Below, piece by piece: positions 47,220-57,806 of a stretch of 64,000 bases of DNA. The translations under genes were made by a program, and so were the position numbers. The stretch lies in assembly GCA_965207075.1 (NCBI GenBank), contig CBDBLO010000002.1, positions 1,248,001-1,312,000 on the forward strand, written 5' to 3'. The stretch is from Nitrosopumilus sp. GTDB lineage: Archaea > Thermoproteota > Nitrososphaeria > Nitrososphaerales > Nitrosopumilaceae. Positions within the stretch are counted from its first letter, which is position 1, and every line of letters starts with the position of its first letter. The notes under the pieces are model-generated. The model made no database searches and was not told where the DNA came from. It saw only the letters and a program-made list of their open reading frames with translations.

Positions 47220-47321
47220 TCGGCCGGCGCGTCCTGCGTTGTTCTCCCCGCCCACTCCTCTCTCCGCCCGTTGCTGCGCCCAGATTGAACGCGGCGCACG
47301 CCGTCCGTGCAGAATGTGCTG

Positions 47322-47546
47322 CTATCTGCCCCCCTCGTATTTGTGCTCGCGCTGCAGGTGGGTTCTCATTTCCTCCATGCTTGCAAAGTATTTGCCGCAC
47401 TTGCGGCAGTCGTACTTGAGGTCCTTGCCGTGGAACACCTGCTTGTGGTTCATGAGGTCCGCGTCTGACGCAAACGCTCTGTTACATGCGTCGCACCTCT
47501 TCTTTTTCCTCCCGCCTTTCTTTATCTTGAAAATGTCGCCGATCAT
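47322..47546 (-). CDS. C2H2 zinc-finger protein
   Basis: CDAC..H..H and CRKC..H..H. Confidence 0.85.
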   Translation of the reverse strand: MIGDIFKIKKGGRKKKRCDACNRAFASDADLMNHKQVFHGKDLKYDCRKCGKYFASMEEMRTHLQREHKYEGGR

Positions 47547-47579
47547 GCCACCTGCCTCCTGGTCCGAACCGCGCGTACG

Positions 47580-48002
47580 TCACTGCCGCCGCTTTCCGTA
47601 TCCTGCCTTTTCGTCCCAGCAGTCGCGGCACAGCTGGCCGTCTATCTTCCAGCCGCTCTTTGGGTTGTGTCTTATGAAGCCCAGCTCCGCGTTGCAGATG
47701 GCGCAGTGGCCCTTCTTCCTCTTGTGGTCTTCCTCCTTTTTGTCAAAGCACTTTTTGCACAGCAGCCCGTCCATGTCCCACTGCCATCTGGGTTCCCAGA
47801 GGTCGTTGATCTGCCTGGTGGTGCCGCACATGGTGCACGGCTGGCGCACCTTGCCCTCGTAGTACTCTACTGACTTTTCATAGTGGCAGTTGCCGCACAG
47901 GCGCCCCTTGATGCCCCATTCGCGTTTCGGCTTGTGCTTGTGCTTGAGCTGTACCTTGCATACGGCGCAGTACGTGGGCTTTCTGCCAAACAGGATTCCC
48001 AT
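47580..48002 (-). CDS. Hypothetical triple-Zn-finger protein
   Basis: Three repeats of CxxC..W..G.LC..C. Confidence 0.8.
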   Translation of the reverse strand: MGILFGRKPTYCAVCKVQLKHKHKPKREWGIKGRLCGNCHYEKSVEYYEGKVRQPCTMCGTTRQINDLWEPRWQWDMDGLLCKKCFDKKEEDHKRKKGHCAICNAELGFIRHNPKSGWKIDGQLCRDCWDEKAGYGKRRQ

Positions 48003-48184
48003 GCCGTGTCGCGTGCTGGATTCTATAAATTTCAATGTGAATTATTTTGGCCTCGACCCCCCCAACCCGGCCTCCTGCGTGCGCACTGGCTGTCGTACGG
48101 GCTTGATTGGGCCGCCATTGCCCGTACTGGGTGGGCGATTTGTCGTATGACGCGTACATGCAGTCGAGGAATGGCTGCTGGATC

Positions 48185-48313
48185 CTAGGCGCGGCCGTCT
48201 AGGATCTTTTCGAGGGCCTGGCCTGCATTGAGCATTCCGTGCCTCCTTGCGTATTCCTCGATCGCACTGTACTGGTCCTTTGTAAAGCAGACCGGCATTG
48301 ATCGCTTGCTCAT
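48185..48313 (-). CDS. RHH-like micro-protein (42 aa), not in ORF track
   Basis: MSKRSMPVCFTKDQYSAIEEYARRHGMLNAGQALEKILDGRA. Confidence 0.65.
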   Translation of the reverse strand: MSKRSMPVCFTKDQYSAIEEYARRHGMLNAGQALEKILDGRA

Positions 48314-48528
48314 GACTTGGCTCGAGATGTACCCGTAATTATGTGATTTGGCGCCGATGCTGCCGGCATTGTTACCCGCGACTCGTTAGTACGGTCCCTG
48401 CGCCGCGCCGACCCGCGGGACGCAGGCGTCTGGCATCGTCATGTGAGGCCCCGGCCTCCGCCTGTGCCCCTGGCTCTGGACCTCTCCAGGCCCCGCGCCG
48501 CTCGGATGTGCGGCAGGCCCGCCTGGAG

Positions 48529-49083
48529 TCAGGGTTCCATAATGGAGCTTGCAAACCGCTTGTGCAGTATGGGGAGCTCTTTACACAGCCATGCAAAGAA
48601 TCTTACAAACTCCCTCGCCTCGTCCTCTACATACTCTGTGATTTTGCCATAATTGCCATCCGCGTACCACCGGCTCACCATTGAGCCGCTCTGCGCCTTG
48701 CCCGTCATGCGGTCAAGGCCTGAGCCTTTGAACTCGCAGCCGTTCATTATGATGCCAGTTGTGTGGAGGTCCATCATGGGCCTGTCCCTGATGTTTATTG
48801 TCTGCAGTCCGTGTATTTCCGACCTGCGGCTTAGAAACCTGTGCTCGAATCCCAGGTTGTATCCCACCGGTACAAAATCAAAGACACTATCGCTTGACAC
48901 GCCTGTGTTTTCGACGAACCTCCTTAGAATCTCTTGCTCTCCGTGTTCCCACTCCTTTAGTACTACAAGCGGGCCCGCGGGGGTTCCGTTGTTCCTGTCC
49001 AGCGCTTGATATTGCACGGTGACTATCTTCGAGGACCCCTCATCCAGTCCGGACGTTTCGATATCTAGGTAATACGTTCCCAT
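48529..49083 (-). CDS. RNase H-like / DnaQ-like 3'-5' exonuclease domain protein
   Basis: YLDIETSG, VGYNLGFE. Confidence 0.8.
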   Translation of the reverse strand: MGTYYLDIETSGLDEGSSKIVTVQYQALDRNNGTPAGPLVVLKEWEHGEQEILRRFVENTGVSSDSVFDFVPVGYNLGFEHRFLSRRSEIHGLQTINIRDRPMMDLHTTGIIMNGCEFKGSGLDRMTGKAQSGSMVSRWYADGNYGKITEYVEDEAREFVRFFAWLCKELPILHKRFASSIMEP

Positions 49084-49149
49084 GCGCATGTGCGCAAATG
49101 TGCAGTATTAATTATTGCTGGCGCCCGTCGGCACCTGCTGCTTGGCATA

Positions 49150-49632
49150 TTACACTGCGGCCCATCTTGCCAGGGCCTTGTCCGGACTGCTTATCTCGTC
49201 CACGCTCGTATAGTAGCTGTTGGTCCAGTCGTCGTATCCGAGCCCTGTGAACAGCATGAGGTTGAGCGGGTAGGAAGCGCTGTCGGTGCACCTCCTAAAG
49301 TCGTCCCTGAACAGGAAGACCTTCTTGCCCCATGCAATCGCCATTCCGAGCTCCACCATCACGCCTTCGTCAGGCGGCGTGCCGTTGACTACTGCGAATA
49401 TGCCGTCGGAATTCCTGACATCGCTCATGTCGGCCTGCCCAACCGTATATGCGGCCCTGTCCTTGGACATGTCTGCTTGGTTGTTGCGCTCAAACGGCTC
49501 CCACACCTCCAAATTCATTTCACTCAAGGCGCCGACTATCTCTTGCAGCGGGCCCGCCTTCTGCTGCTTGGAGAATCCGTACGGGTTTGCCAGATAGATG
49601 ATCTTTCTGCGGCTGTTTTTGCTGTTGTCCAT
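49150..49632 (-). CDS. Nucleoside 2-deoxyribosyltransferase family protein
   Basis: IYLANPYGF, PDEGVMVELGMA. Confidence 0.88.
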   Translation of the reverse strand: MDNSKNSRRKIIYLANPYGFSKQQKAGPLQEIVGALSEMNLEVWEPFERNNQADMSKDRAAYTVGQADMSDVRNSDGIFAVVNGTPPDEGVMVELGMAIAWGKKVFLFRDDFRRCTDSASYPLNLMLFTGLGYDDWTNSYYTSVDEISSPDKALARWAAV

Positions 49633-49780
49633 GCGGCCGGATACCTGCGCTTGCCAGTCCTTGGACTGCAATATACCTTGCTGTGCTCGTGTCGTGTGCA
49701 GTTGGCTTCCTGCAGGCGCCGCGCCGGCACTGGCTCGGGCGGCCGGAAATCTTTAAAGAATGTCCGCGCGGCCACGGGCC

Positions 49781-49966
49781 ATGGGTACGCCGACTGAGTC
49801 CAAAATCCGGGACTCCGGCATAGGGCTGCCCGAGCTTATCTCGCACTTTAGGGAACGATGCAGGGAGTGCGGCCACCACCGCATAATGCACGATGCCGGT
49901 GGATATTGCGAGGGCGTGATGAACAAGCCGTGCAATTCCGGCTGCGAGTCTTTCGAGGCTGAATGA
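49781..49966 (+). CDS. Small Cys/His-rich hypothetical protein
   Basis: CRECGHHRIMH; BRE-TATA gaaatcTTTAAA upstream. Confidence 0.7.
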   Translation: MGTPTESKIRDSGIGLPELISHFRERCRECGHHRIMHDAGGYCEGVMNKPCNSGCESFEAE

Positions 49967-50160
49967 TCTGGGCCTTGCCGCCATGCGTGGACCCGATGTC
50001 GGGCGTGACGTCCGTGATGGGTGGAGGATCGAGGGGCGGCACGCCCGGCATCCGTTAGGCCGCGCCCGCAGGAAGCCATGCGGGGGCAAATCATTCCAAA
50101 ATGGAGTCTGTACGCGGAATGCTGCCAAATATTTAAACGCCCATTAGCCGTCGTATTGAC

Positions 50161-50394
50161 ATGACTGTTGCGTACGTGATGCTCAACTGCGATCTCGGGG
50201 CCGAGGCCGAACTTGTGGAAAAACTCCGTGAGCTGGAGAACGTGTCGCATGTGTCTGAGACGATGGGGGCCCACGACATGCTGGTCAAGCTGGAGGCGGA
50301 GAATTTTGAAAAGATACGTGAAATCGTGGCATGGAGCATAAAGAACCTGCCAAAGGTGCGCTCCACCACCACGCTTATTGAAAAAGATGCCTGA
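50161..50394 (+). CDS. Lrp/AsnC ligand-binding domain protein
   Basis: AYVMLNC..MGAHDMLVKL..VRSTTTL. Confidence 0.88.
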   Translation: MTVAYVMLNCDLGAEAELVEKLRELENVSHVSETMGAHDMLVKLEAENFEKIREIVAWSIKNLPKVRSTTTLIEKDA

Positions 50395-50515
50395 CGCGCA
50401 CCATTACTGCATTGACGGTGGCGGTGGTGGTGGTGGTGATGATGATGACAATGATGTTCGCAGGAGATCCATCTGCATGTATGGCCGGTGACGCGTAGTC
50501 GGAGCCCCTGCCCGC

Positions 50516-50950
50516 CTAATCCTGGAGCCCCCCGCCGTGCCTTTTTCCGCCGCCGTCGCCAGCATCCCCCACCCTGACGTTCCCTTTTCTGGCGCCACTG
50601 TCCTTATCCTCGTCCTCGTGGTGTCCGGCCGCATCGCCCCCTCTGCTGCTTGGGCCTACCATGTCTTCCGGCCTGACCTTGCTGTCCCAGTCGCCCCTTG
50701 CGCCCTTTACCAACGCTGCAATTCCTGCCGCGATAAGGGCCGTTACCCCCCCAAGGAATCCGGCCTGTTCGGCCATTGCATCGGCGCAGCTCACACTGAC
50801 AGGCTCCATGTCCTCAGAGTACCTGTAGCACGTGTCGAATTCCTCCGACTCGATGGAGGCCGACTGGTAGTTCCCGCCAAATACGCCGAGCACGATAAAC
50901 CCCGCAAAGATCAACCCTATGCCGATCATGGAGAACCTGATGTCGCCCAT
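50516..50950 (-). CDS. Hypothetical membrane protein
   Basis: Two TM, KGARGDWD. Confidence 0.7.
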   Translation of the reverse strand: MGDIRFSMIGIGLIFAGFIVLGVFGGNYQSASIESEEFDTCYRYSEDMEPVSVSCADAMAEQAGFLGGVTALIAAGIAALVKGARGDWDSKVRPEDMVGPSSRGGDAAGHHEDEDKDSGARKGNVRVGDAGDGGGKRHGGGLQD

Positions 50951-51000
50951 CGCCACAGCATGTATGCGACATGCCATATTTAGTCTAGTTGCGCCGGGTG

Positions 51001-51507
51001 TCACTTGCGGCCCTGAAGCATCCCCGCAAGATTGGCAAGGGAGTCATCGTAGAACCTGCCCATGTCATCTAGCAGCCGGGCAAACTCCCCCCTTGGCATC
51101 CTGATGCTGTTCATGTATGACTGCCAAGTTATGGTTATGGTGCCGTCCTTCTCGTTTGAGTTGATGGTGATTGTGGCCACGTACGCGCGCAGGGGGAGCC
51201 CGTCCGTCGCAACGTACGTGAAGCTCCTGCCGGCGCTCCATGACACTATGTGCTCCTCTATGGTTTTTCCGTCCTCAAACGCCACGTTCCTGACCGCCCC
51301 CACGCCCCTCCTGGAGTCTGACGTGATGTCGACCCTGCTGACGCCTGGAGCCCACCGCGGCATGGATGCAATGTCCCCTAGTATCTTCCATGCCTTTTGG
51401 CGGGTTGCCCTTATCCTTGGCGACCTCCTCTTGAGAGTGGCGCTGTGGTGTGCTCTACTGCCCGCCGTCGTGCGGGCCTTGGAACCCTGCATTTGCGTGA
51501 ATGCCAT
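51001..51507 (-). CDS. SRPBCC/polyketide cyclase family protein
   Basis: AWKILGDIASMPRWAPG..GVGAVR..IEEHIVSW. Confidence 0.8.
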   Translation of the reverse strand: MAFTQMQGSKARTTAGSRAHHSATLKRRSPRIRATRQKAWKILGDIASMPRWAPGVSRVDITSDSRRGVGAVRNVAFEDGKTIEEHIVSWSAGRSFTYVATDGLPLRAYVATITINSNEKDGTITITWQSYMNSIRMPRGEFARLLDDMGRFYDDSLANLAGMLQGRK

Positions 51508-51568
51508 CCGTCTGGTTATATGCCTTGCTTGGCGACAATTTTTAATCATGTGTGCCTCAGAGGCATAC

Positions 51569-52945
51569 ATGGTATTCGGGTTTGGAAGAAAGAAAAAGAC
51601 GAGTGACGGACGCGCCCACGGTGACAGCCGAATCCTGCGCGACGAACCGTATGGCCCCGTTGATGTCGCCGGCGGCGGCAGCGACGATAACCGCGGCGAC
51701 GCTCCTGACTTGCGCATTCCGCCTGACAGGGCCTCCAAGATTGTATCTGAGTATGGCCGGCGCAGGCGGCAGCGGGCCGTATCCGAGATCAGGGACATAC
51801 GCGACTCTGTCGAGCCCATGATCGAGGAACTCGTGGAGCTGGGACGGATCCTTGAGCACGACGACCTCAACGTGGACTCTATTGACAAGCACCTTGGCAT
51901 TATAGTGGTGCGCGGAAAAAAGCAGGTCATTGACGTAATAAGGCGCAGTGTGGCCCCCCTTCCCACGGTGGACTCGATTGAGAGCGCCGCAAAGGCCGAG
52001 TCAGAACTCCGACAGCTCTTGAAAAAGATGGGAGACGTGCTCGGCAGGCAGACGCGCGTCATACACCTGTTTGCAAAAAAACATGCAAACCGGCTCAAGA
52101 GCAACCTTGAGGTGATGAACTCCCGGCATTCGGAGATGCGTGACATCCTGAACCGGTACAACGAGGCCGACTCGGAATCCGGGGAGATCGTCGCAATTGC
52201 AGACGGGCTGGCCAGGCGCCGCGACGATCTGCGCAAGAAAACGCAGAGGGTACGCGACATGTCTGCCGAGTTTGAGCTGCTCGAATCACGCGCCTCCGAA
52301 TCAAGATCAGAACTCGCCAGGATAAAGTCGTCCAAAGAACACGCCGAATACCTGAGACTGCTGTCTGACATTGAAAAATGCGACACCCAGATGTCGCAGA
52401 TACGCGCCGAGATAGGCGCCCAGTTCTCGAAGATATCCCGGCCGCTTGGCAGGTACGAGTACGGCTCCTCGCTTGACAAGGCACAGCAGAAGATACTTGC
52501 CGGACTGGTGGCCGACCCTGCCAGCACCGTGCACCTTGGGAACGTGGAGACCATATCCGTGATATTCTCAAACGTGAGGCGTGCGGTGGCAACTGGCTCC
52601 ATCTCGGCCAAGGACGTGGAAAAGACGATCGCCCTGCTCGCGGAGACGGCGGACATGGTAAGGCCCCTTGCCGGCAGGGTGGCCGAATGCGACGGGCGCC
52701 GGGGGGATCTTGCAGGCAGGGCCCGCGCCGCAAAGCCGGCCGGCCTTGATGAATGCGAGGCCAAACTGTCAAAAGCCGTCTCGCAGCACAAGGATACGGG
52801 ACGTAGGATGGACGCCCTACGGGCCCAGATCAAAGACGACAGCTCTGCCATCTTGGATATGTCTGCCGGCCTCCAGACGCGGCTACGCCAGCACACCGGA
52901 GTCAGGTATGAGGTCGACCCGCCACGCATAGAACCCCCCACATGA
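51569..52945 (+). CDS. Coiled-coil hypothetical protein
   Basis: MVFGFGRKKK start; extensive heptads. Confidence 0.8.
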   Translation: MVFGFGRKKKTSDGRAHGDSRILRDEPYGPVDVAGGGSDDNRGDAPDLRIPPDRASKIVSEYGRRRRQRAVSEIRDIRDSVEPMIEELVELGRILEHDDLNVDSIDKHLGIIVVRGKKQVIDVIRRSVAPLPTVDSIESAAKAESELRQLLKKMGDVLGRQTRVIHLFAKKHANRLKSNLEVMNSRHSEMRDILNRYNEADSESGEIVAIADGLARRRDDLRKKTQRVRDMSAEFELLESRASESRSELARIKSSKEHAEYLRLLSDIEKCDTQMSQIRAEIGAQFSKISRPLGRYEYGSSLDKAQQKILAGLVADPASTVHLGNVETISVIFSNVRRAVATGSISAKDVEKTIALLAETADMVRPLAGRVAECDGRRGDLAGRARAAKPAGLDECEAKLSKAVSQHKDTGRRMDALRAQIKDDSSAILDMSAGLQTRLRQHTGVRYEVDPPRIEPPT

Positions 52946-53254
52946 CGCTTGCCTGCTGGAAATCCGTGCGTTTGACGGTGAAAAAGCCTGACGAATCTGA
53001 CATAGCGCGCATTTGCAAATGCCAAGGTGTGGATGTGCAGGGCGCCTGATGCTTGCCCCACATCTGTTGATTCGTCTTGCTCCGAAAGCCTGCAAATGCT
53101 GAGTCTGCCGTCGATGATCCCTCGACAGTTGTCATACCTTCGGCCTTGGGGGGTATCTTGTGCGCCTTTCATACGTACCGATGTAGTGGCGATGGGACGC
53201 CGTTTTGGCCTGGCATTGCCGCGCACGGTGTGTCTGGTGCTGCTCCAAATTACC

Positions 53255-53314
53255 TGCACGCATCCTTGCTGCACGCATCCTTGCTGCACGCATCCTTGCT
53301 GCACGCATCCTTGC
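53255..53314. repeat. Tandem repeat (TGCACGCATCCTTGC)x4
   Basis: Four perfect 15-bp units. Confidence 0.95.
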
Positions 53315-53352
53315 AGCGCCATACTCTTAAACTCGCACTGTCTACTGCCTGC

Positions 53353-53754
53353 ATGTTCTTCAAAAGGACAAAATACGAGCGACGCGTGGTGTTGCACCGC
53401 GAAGTACTCGACAGCATACTGTCGTACTGCCAGATGAAGCACCCAAACGAGGGCGTCCTGATACTAAAGGGCAAGTCAAAAAACGGCGTCATCACAGTGG
53501 ACGGACTTGTGATTCCTCCGTTCAGCCACTCGGGGCCCACGTTTGCGGGGTTTCCACACTCCTTTCTGCCGTTTGACATGAGCTATATAGGCATGGTCCA
53601 CTCGCATCCGAGTGGGCCTGCCACGCCGTCCGTGACAGACCTGCACAACTTTTTTGGGCTTGTCTCCGTGATTGTGGGCTTCCCGTACGAGGACAAGTCG
53701 GTGTTTGCATGGGACAGCGGCGGAAAGCAAATTCCACTCGAGATAGGGCCGTAA
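53353..53754 (+). CDS. JAB/MPN (JAMM) metalloprotease
   Basis: HPNE..VHSHPSG..PSVTD. Confidence 0.9.
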   Translation: MFFKRTKYERRVVLHREVLDSILSYCQMKHPNEGVLILKGKSKNGVITVDGLVIPPFSHSGPTFAGFPHSFLPFDMSYIGMVHSHPSGPATPSVTDLHNFFGLVSVIVGFPYEDKSVFAWDSGGKQIPLEIGP

Positions 53755-53975
53755 CTGCGTGCTTTGGCCCTCGCCCCCTGCCGTCTCCCTGAATTCCCCG
53801 CCGCTCTTCTGCAGCGCCTGCACGACGGGGGCATGCATGCGTCGTATGCTATCCTGATCTTGGTTCTGCCGCGGCCCCTGCGACGGATTGCACGCGTGGC
53901 TTCGCAGGATCCGATTCCTGAGCCAATCCGCAACGCTAAAAAGTAAACCCATGGCACGACACTTGCTTGGACTTT

Positions 53976-54263
53976 ATGCTTGAGGAGGAGCTTGTGGATC
54001 TGTTTACGCAGTGCCTGCAAGCGCCGGATTCAGCAGACGCCGCCGCGCAAAAGTCGCGCATAACTGAGATTGGACGCGAGATCCATTCTGACGGGGGGCT
54101 TGACGCTATGGTGAACTTTTTCTTTGCGGTGCGAAACAGGGTGCTGGGCGAGACCAGACTCGATCCTGCGACGCTCAGCTCACTCTGGGACCAAGTCGAT
54201 CCGAAGTGGGCCGAGGAGTCAAAGAACATCCCCGACGAGTCGGATGCGCCTACCGCCGAATGA
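53976..54263 (+). CDS. Hypothetical protein
   Basis: 95-aa ORF. Confidence 0.7.
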   Translation: MLEEELVDLFTQCLQAPDSADAAAQKSRITEIGREIHSDGGLDAMVNFFFAVRNRVLGETRLDPATLSSLWDQVDPKWAEESKNIPDESDAPTAE

Positions 54264-54492
54264 CGTGCCGCACAACTGCCAAGGCCTATACGCGACGTTC
54301 GTGCATATTCTGCAGCAGGTTCCTCTGCGCACCGTTGGGAAGCCGTGACTCGGCCGCCGCGCGCCGCGTTTGTGGTGTCACTCTTGCAGCCTGAGGACTT
54401 CGCTAAATGGGTACATTTCGGGCATACGTATGGGGCTGGGTGCCACCGGGGTTTGACAAAACTTTATAACCTTTTTTGGACGTGTCACATCT

Positions 54493-54831
54493 GTGTTCAA
54501 CTATAAGACGTACCTGATATTCCTGTTCGTGTCACTGGGTGTCAGCATAGGGCTGCAGATGGTGCTTCCGTTTCCGTGGGGGCTTGTGGCGGCCATCGGC
54601 CTGTTCATCGCGTTTCCGCTGATGCTTCGGAGGCAGTACCTCAACCGCATGCGCGGGGGCTACGGCGGGGGCGGCCCGTCCGGTACGGGAAGTCGCGCCG
54701 GCGGATTCTTCGGGCTGGGCTCGCAGGGAGGTTCTGGCGGCGTGAGGTACGTCTGCCTCGTGTGCAACAACAGGCACAAGGGAGGATCCTGCCCCAGGTG
54801 CGGCTCCAAGATGCAGCGAGCCGATTTCTGA
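54493..54831 (+). CDS. Membrane protein with C-terminal Zn ribbon
   Basis: 2 TM, CLVC..CPRCG; caaacTTTATA promoter. Confidence 0.75.
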   Translation: MFNYKTYLIFLFVSLGVSIGLQMVLPFPWGLVAAIGLFIAFPLMLRRQYLNRMRGGYGGGGPSGTGSRAGGFFGLGSQGGSGGVRYVCLVCNNRHKGGSCPRCGSKMQRADF

Positions 54832-55148
54832 TGTCCCTTGACGACCTGCGCCAAAAGGTGGCGTTTCATAATTCAGTCGACGTCTGGATAGCTGCATGCG
54901 GCGAGCGCGGGGAGAAGTGGGACGACCCCGAGGGGTACAAAAAATTCATCGCATACCTGCTGGAGAAGGGACTCAACCTCAAGGCGTTCAACCTGTGCGC
55001 CCATGAGGCGGGGGCAGTCGATGAGAAGAAGACACAGTTTGTCGAGACCCTTGCCCAGTCAAAGGACTCGGATCCCAACTCCGGGAACTATACGATACGG
55101 CTCAGCAGCTCTGCAATCTCTGCTATACGCGCGTATCGCGACCGCTGA
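54831..55148 (+). CDS. Hypothetical protein
   Basis: TGATG-coupled ORF. Confidence 0.75.
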   Translation: MSLDDLRQKVAFHNSVDVWIAACGERGEKWDDPEGYKKFIAYLLEKGLNLKAFNLCAHEAGAVDEKKTQFVETLAQSKDSDPNSGNYTIRLSSSAISAIRAYRDR

Positions 55149-55155
55149 TCCGGTG

Positions 55156-56754
55156 CTAATGCCGCCTGAGCCGCGGATTTACTATGCTGTCTAGGGCGTT
55201 TCCTATAAACACAAAGGCGAGCCCTGTTATCGCTATCATGACGCCGGGCGGCACCATCCACCACCACAGCCCCCTCGCCGCAGCGCCAAACGTGTTTGCG
55301 TCGTGCAGTATCTGCCCCCATGTGGGGAAGCTCGGGTCGCCCAGCCCCAGGAAGCTCAGGCCCGCCTCCGTCGTGATGGCGGCCGGGACCGATATCGCTA
55401 TGCTTGCAAACGCGTACGGCAGCAGCTGCGGGACTATGTGCCTTGTTATTATTTTGGAGCGGCTCTGGCCCATCGTCTCGGCCGCGTCCACGTATCCCCT
55501 GGTCTTTATCTGGAGTGACATGCTGCGCGCCACCTTTGCGACCCCCACCCATCCGAACATGGCGAGGAATCCAACCATGAGCAGTATGCTGTTGCTGATC
55601 GTAACCGAGAGTATGATTAGAAACGGCAGCGCCGGCAACGCGTATATCACGTCGTTGAACCTCATCATGGCCTCGTCGGTCCTCTTGCCGCGGTATCCCG
55701 CGTAGACCCCGTACAGGAGCCCCGCGACCACCGACGCCACGGCCACCGTGATTCCGATGAATAGGGCAAGCGGCGTTCCCCACAGCAGCCCTACTGCAAG
55801 GTCGCGCCTCAGCTCGTCGGTGCCCATTATTCCAAATGCCTTGCCGCCTACCACGAGCCGCGACTCGAGCATGTCGAACCCCTCCAAACTAGACACGGTT
55901 ACGCGGAACGTGTACACGCCCCGCAGCACGGAGCCGTCCGCGGCGTCAGAGAACAGCACGTCTTCGGCCGACGCGCCCGACGTGTCGTGCCCGTATATGG
56001 AGGGCGCCTGCATCGCAATGTTCTTCCGCATTGTGCTGTCAGTCGAGAATATGCGCTCCGAATGCGTCGCGGAGCCGCCGCCGTAGTCTGCCCGCCCCTC
56101 CGCACCCCCACGATCCGCCGCAAGGCGCGGCAGGGCTTTTGAGAGCAGCAGGATCGTGCTCCCGTCGGGCCTGTCCACCGACACCTCCAGGAGCGGGGAT
56201 CCCCCATACCCCGCCGAAAAGCTGTAGATGAAGTCGCTTGGAAAGTCGTCGTACCCGTAGTCCACCGTGAACTCGTGCTCAGTGACAGTTATCGTACCTG
56301 CGGCGCCGTCCACGGCCACGGCGCGCTCTGACACTGCGGGGTCATCAAGCATCATATGCTCGGGTATCTTTTGCGGCAGGATGGCGTTGGTCCACGCGGG
56401 GACGGCGGCCTTTGGGTATGATATCCAGCTCTTCGGGTTGTTCCATTCCTGGAGGGTCTCGACTGGGATGGCAACTATGGTGGCCGCCGATGTGATTATC
56501 AGGGCCGCGAGTATTGCGACGCCTGCCACCCCCATGCGGCTTGACAGGATCTCGCGCCACGTGTCGCGCAATCCTCCCGCGTCTGTTGCCGCATGCGGTG
56601 CCTCCGGCGGCTGCCGCGTCGGGTGCGACGGTGACGTGGGAGACGGCCGCGGCCCCGCGGCCGGCGCAGGTGCCGCGTACTCTGCTTTTCCTTCTTTTTC
56701 GTGCGGCCCCTCCTTTCCCGGAGGCCCCGCCGCCCTGTCGCCACTCGCGTTCAA
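55156..56754 (-). CDS. dppC: Peptide ABC transporter permease (DppC/OppC)
   Basis: MGTDELRRD, YVDAAETMG, EAGLSFLGLG. Confidence 0.9.
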   Translation of the reverse strand: MNASGDRAAGPPGKEGPHEKEGKAEYAAPAPAAGPRPSPTSPSHPTRQPPEAPHAATDAGGLRDTWREILSSRMGVAGVAILAALIITSAATIVAIPVETLQEWNNPKSWISYPKAAVPAWTNAILPQKIPEHMMLDDPAVSERAVAVDGAAGTITVTEHEFTVDYGYDDFPSDFIYSFSAGYGGSPLLEVSVDRPDGSTILLLSKALPRLAADRGGAEGRADYGGGSATHSERIFSTDSTMRKNIAMQAPSIYGHDTSGASAEDVLFSDAADGSVLRGVYTFRVTVSSLEGFDMLESRLVVGGKAFGIMGTDELRRDLAVGLLWGTPLALFIGITVAVASVVAGLLYGVYAGYRGKRTDEAMMRFNDVIYALPALPFLIILSVTISNSILLMVGFLAMFGWVGVAKVARSMSLQIKTRGYVDAAETMGQSRSKIITRHIVPQLLPYAFASIAISVPAAITTEAGLSFLGLGDPSFPTWGQILHDANTFGAAARGLWWWMVPPGVMIAITGLAFVFIGNALDSIVNPRLRRH

Positions 56755-57806
56755 CTCGACGTCCTCACCCTGGGGTCGAAGTAGCCGTACAGTATGTCTG
56801 CGGTGAATATGCTGGCAAGAAAGAACACCGTGAGCATGTACGTGGCCCCTATGATTACCGGCAAGTCCATTACCGTTATGGCCTCAAAGTAGAGCCGCCC
56901 CATGCCGGGCCAGTCAAACACCGCCTCCGTTATGATGGCGCCGCCAAGCGAGCCGGACAGGCTGAGGGCCAGTATGGTGACTATGGGCGGGGCGGCGTTC
57001 TTCAGGGCGTGCGTGTATATGATCTTCCTACGCCTTACGCCGATGGCCTTCTTTGCCGATATGAAGTCCTCCTGCATTATCCCCGCCATAAAGTTCCTGA
57101 CAAGGTACGCCCATGCCCCGAACCCTATCAGCACTATGGTGATGAGGGGAAGCGCCATGTGGTACAGCAGGGCCGCGGCGTATCCCGGTTCGTCTGGCAG
57201 GATCTCCGGCGTCGCCCTTGCCGGAAACACCTGGTATGTGAACGCGAACAGGAATATCATGATCATCCCCACCCACCATACCGGAAAGCTCGAGCTGATG
57301 ACGGCAAAGCTGGACGTCAGCTTGTCTATTGCGGAGCCCGTCCTGCTCCCCGCCAGTGCCCCTAGGAATATGCCCACGATGGAGATTACAACAGTGGCCG
57401 TCGTGAACAGTAGTATGGTCCTTGGGAGCTTCTCAAGTATTATCTCCCTGACGTCCGAGGAGCCCGCGTCGCTCGTGATGAAGGTGGCCTGTCCAAAGTC
57501 GAGCAGCATTATCTTGTACATTGTGATCCCTATGCGCTGCGGCGAGTACCACGGCTCGTCAAGCCCCAGCAGGGCCGTCCTGGCCTCTATCTGCTCCTGC
57601 ACGAACGCCTCAAACTCATCCACTGACGTGAACCTCTCTGCAGTGGCCGGGCTCTCTGTAATCTCGCTCCGTACCTGAAACGCAATCCCCTGCTTTAGTA
57701 TGCTGTCCATGTTGGAGCCTACAAGCGCGATTGTGATGAGTAGCGTTATCATCAACACGCCGAACATGGTGGCAACCCTGGTGGCGGCGTATCTCTTGAG
57801 GCCCAT
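56751..57806 (-). CDS. dppB: Peptide ABC transporter permease (DppB/OppB)
   Basis: HALKNA, GAIITEAVFDWPGMG. Confidence 0.9.
   Translation of the reverse strand: MGLKRYAATRVATMFGVLMITLLITIALVGSNMDSILKQGIAFQVRSEITESPATAERFTSVDEFEAFVQEQIEARTALLGLDEPWYSPQRIGITMYKIMLLDFGQATFITSDAGSSDVREIILEKLPRTILLFTTATVVISIVGIFLGALAGSRTGSAIDKLTSSFAVISSSFPVWWVGMIMIFLFAFTYQVFPARATPEILPDEPGYAAALLYHMALPLITIVLIGFGAWAYLVRNFMAGIMQEDFISAKKAIGVRRRKIIYTHALKNAAPPIVTILALSLSGSLGGAIITEAVFDWPGMGRLYFEAITVMDLPVIIGATYMLTVFFLASIFTADILYGYFDPRVRTSS

Noticed and set aside
50416-50455. (GGT)n/(GAT)n microsatellite
   Set aside because: Short simple repeat between convergent genes with no supportable function
53255-53314. Possible CRISPR array
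   Set aside because: Head-to-tail 15-mers with no spacers and no cas genes
51001-53442. 813-aa minus-strand ORF
   Set aside because: Mostly the antisense shadow of the coiled-coil gene and the tandem repeat; only the last ~168 aa (SRPBCC) look real
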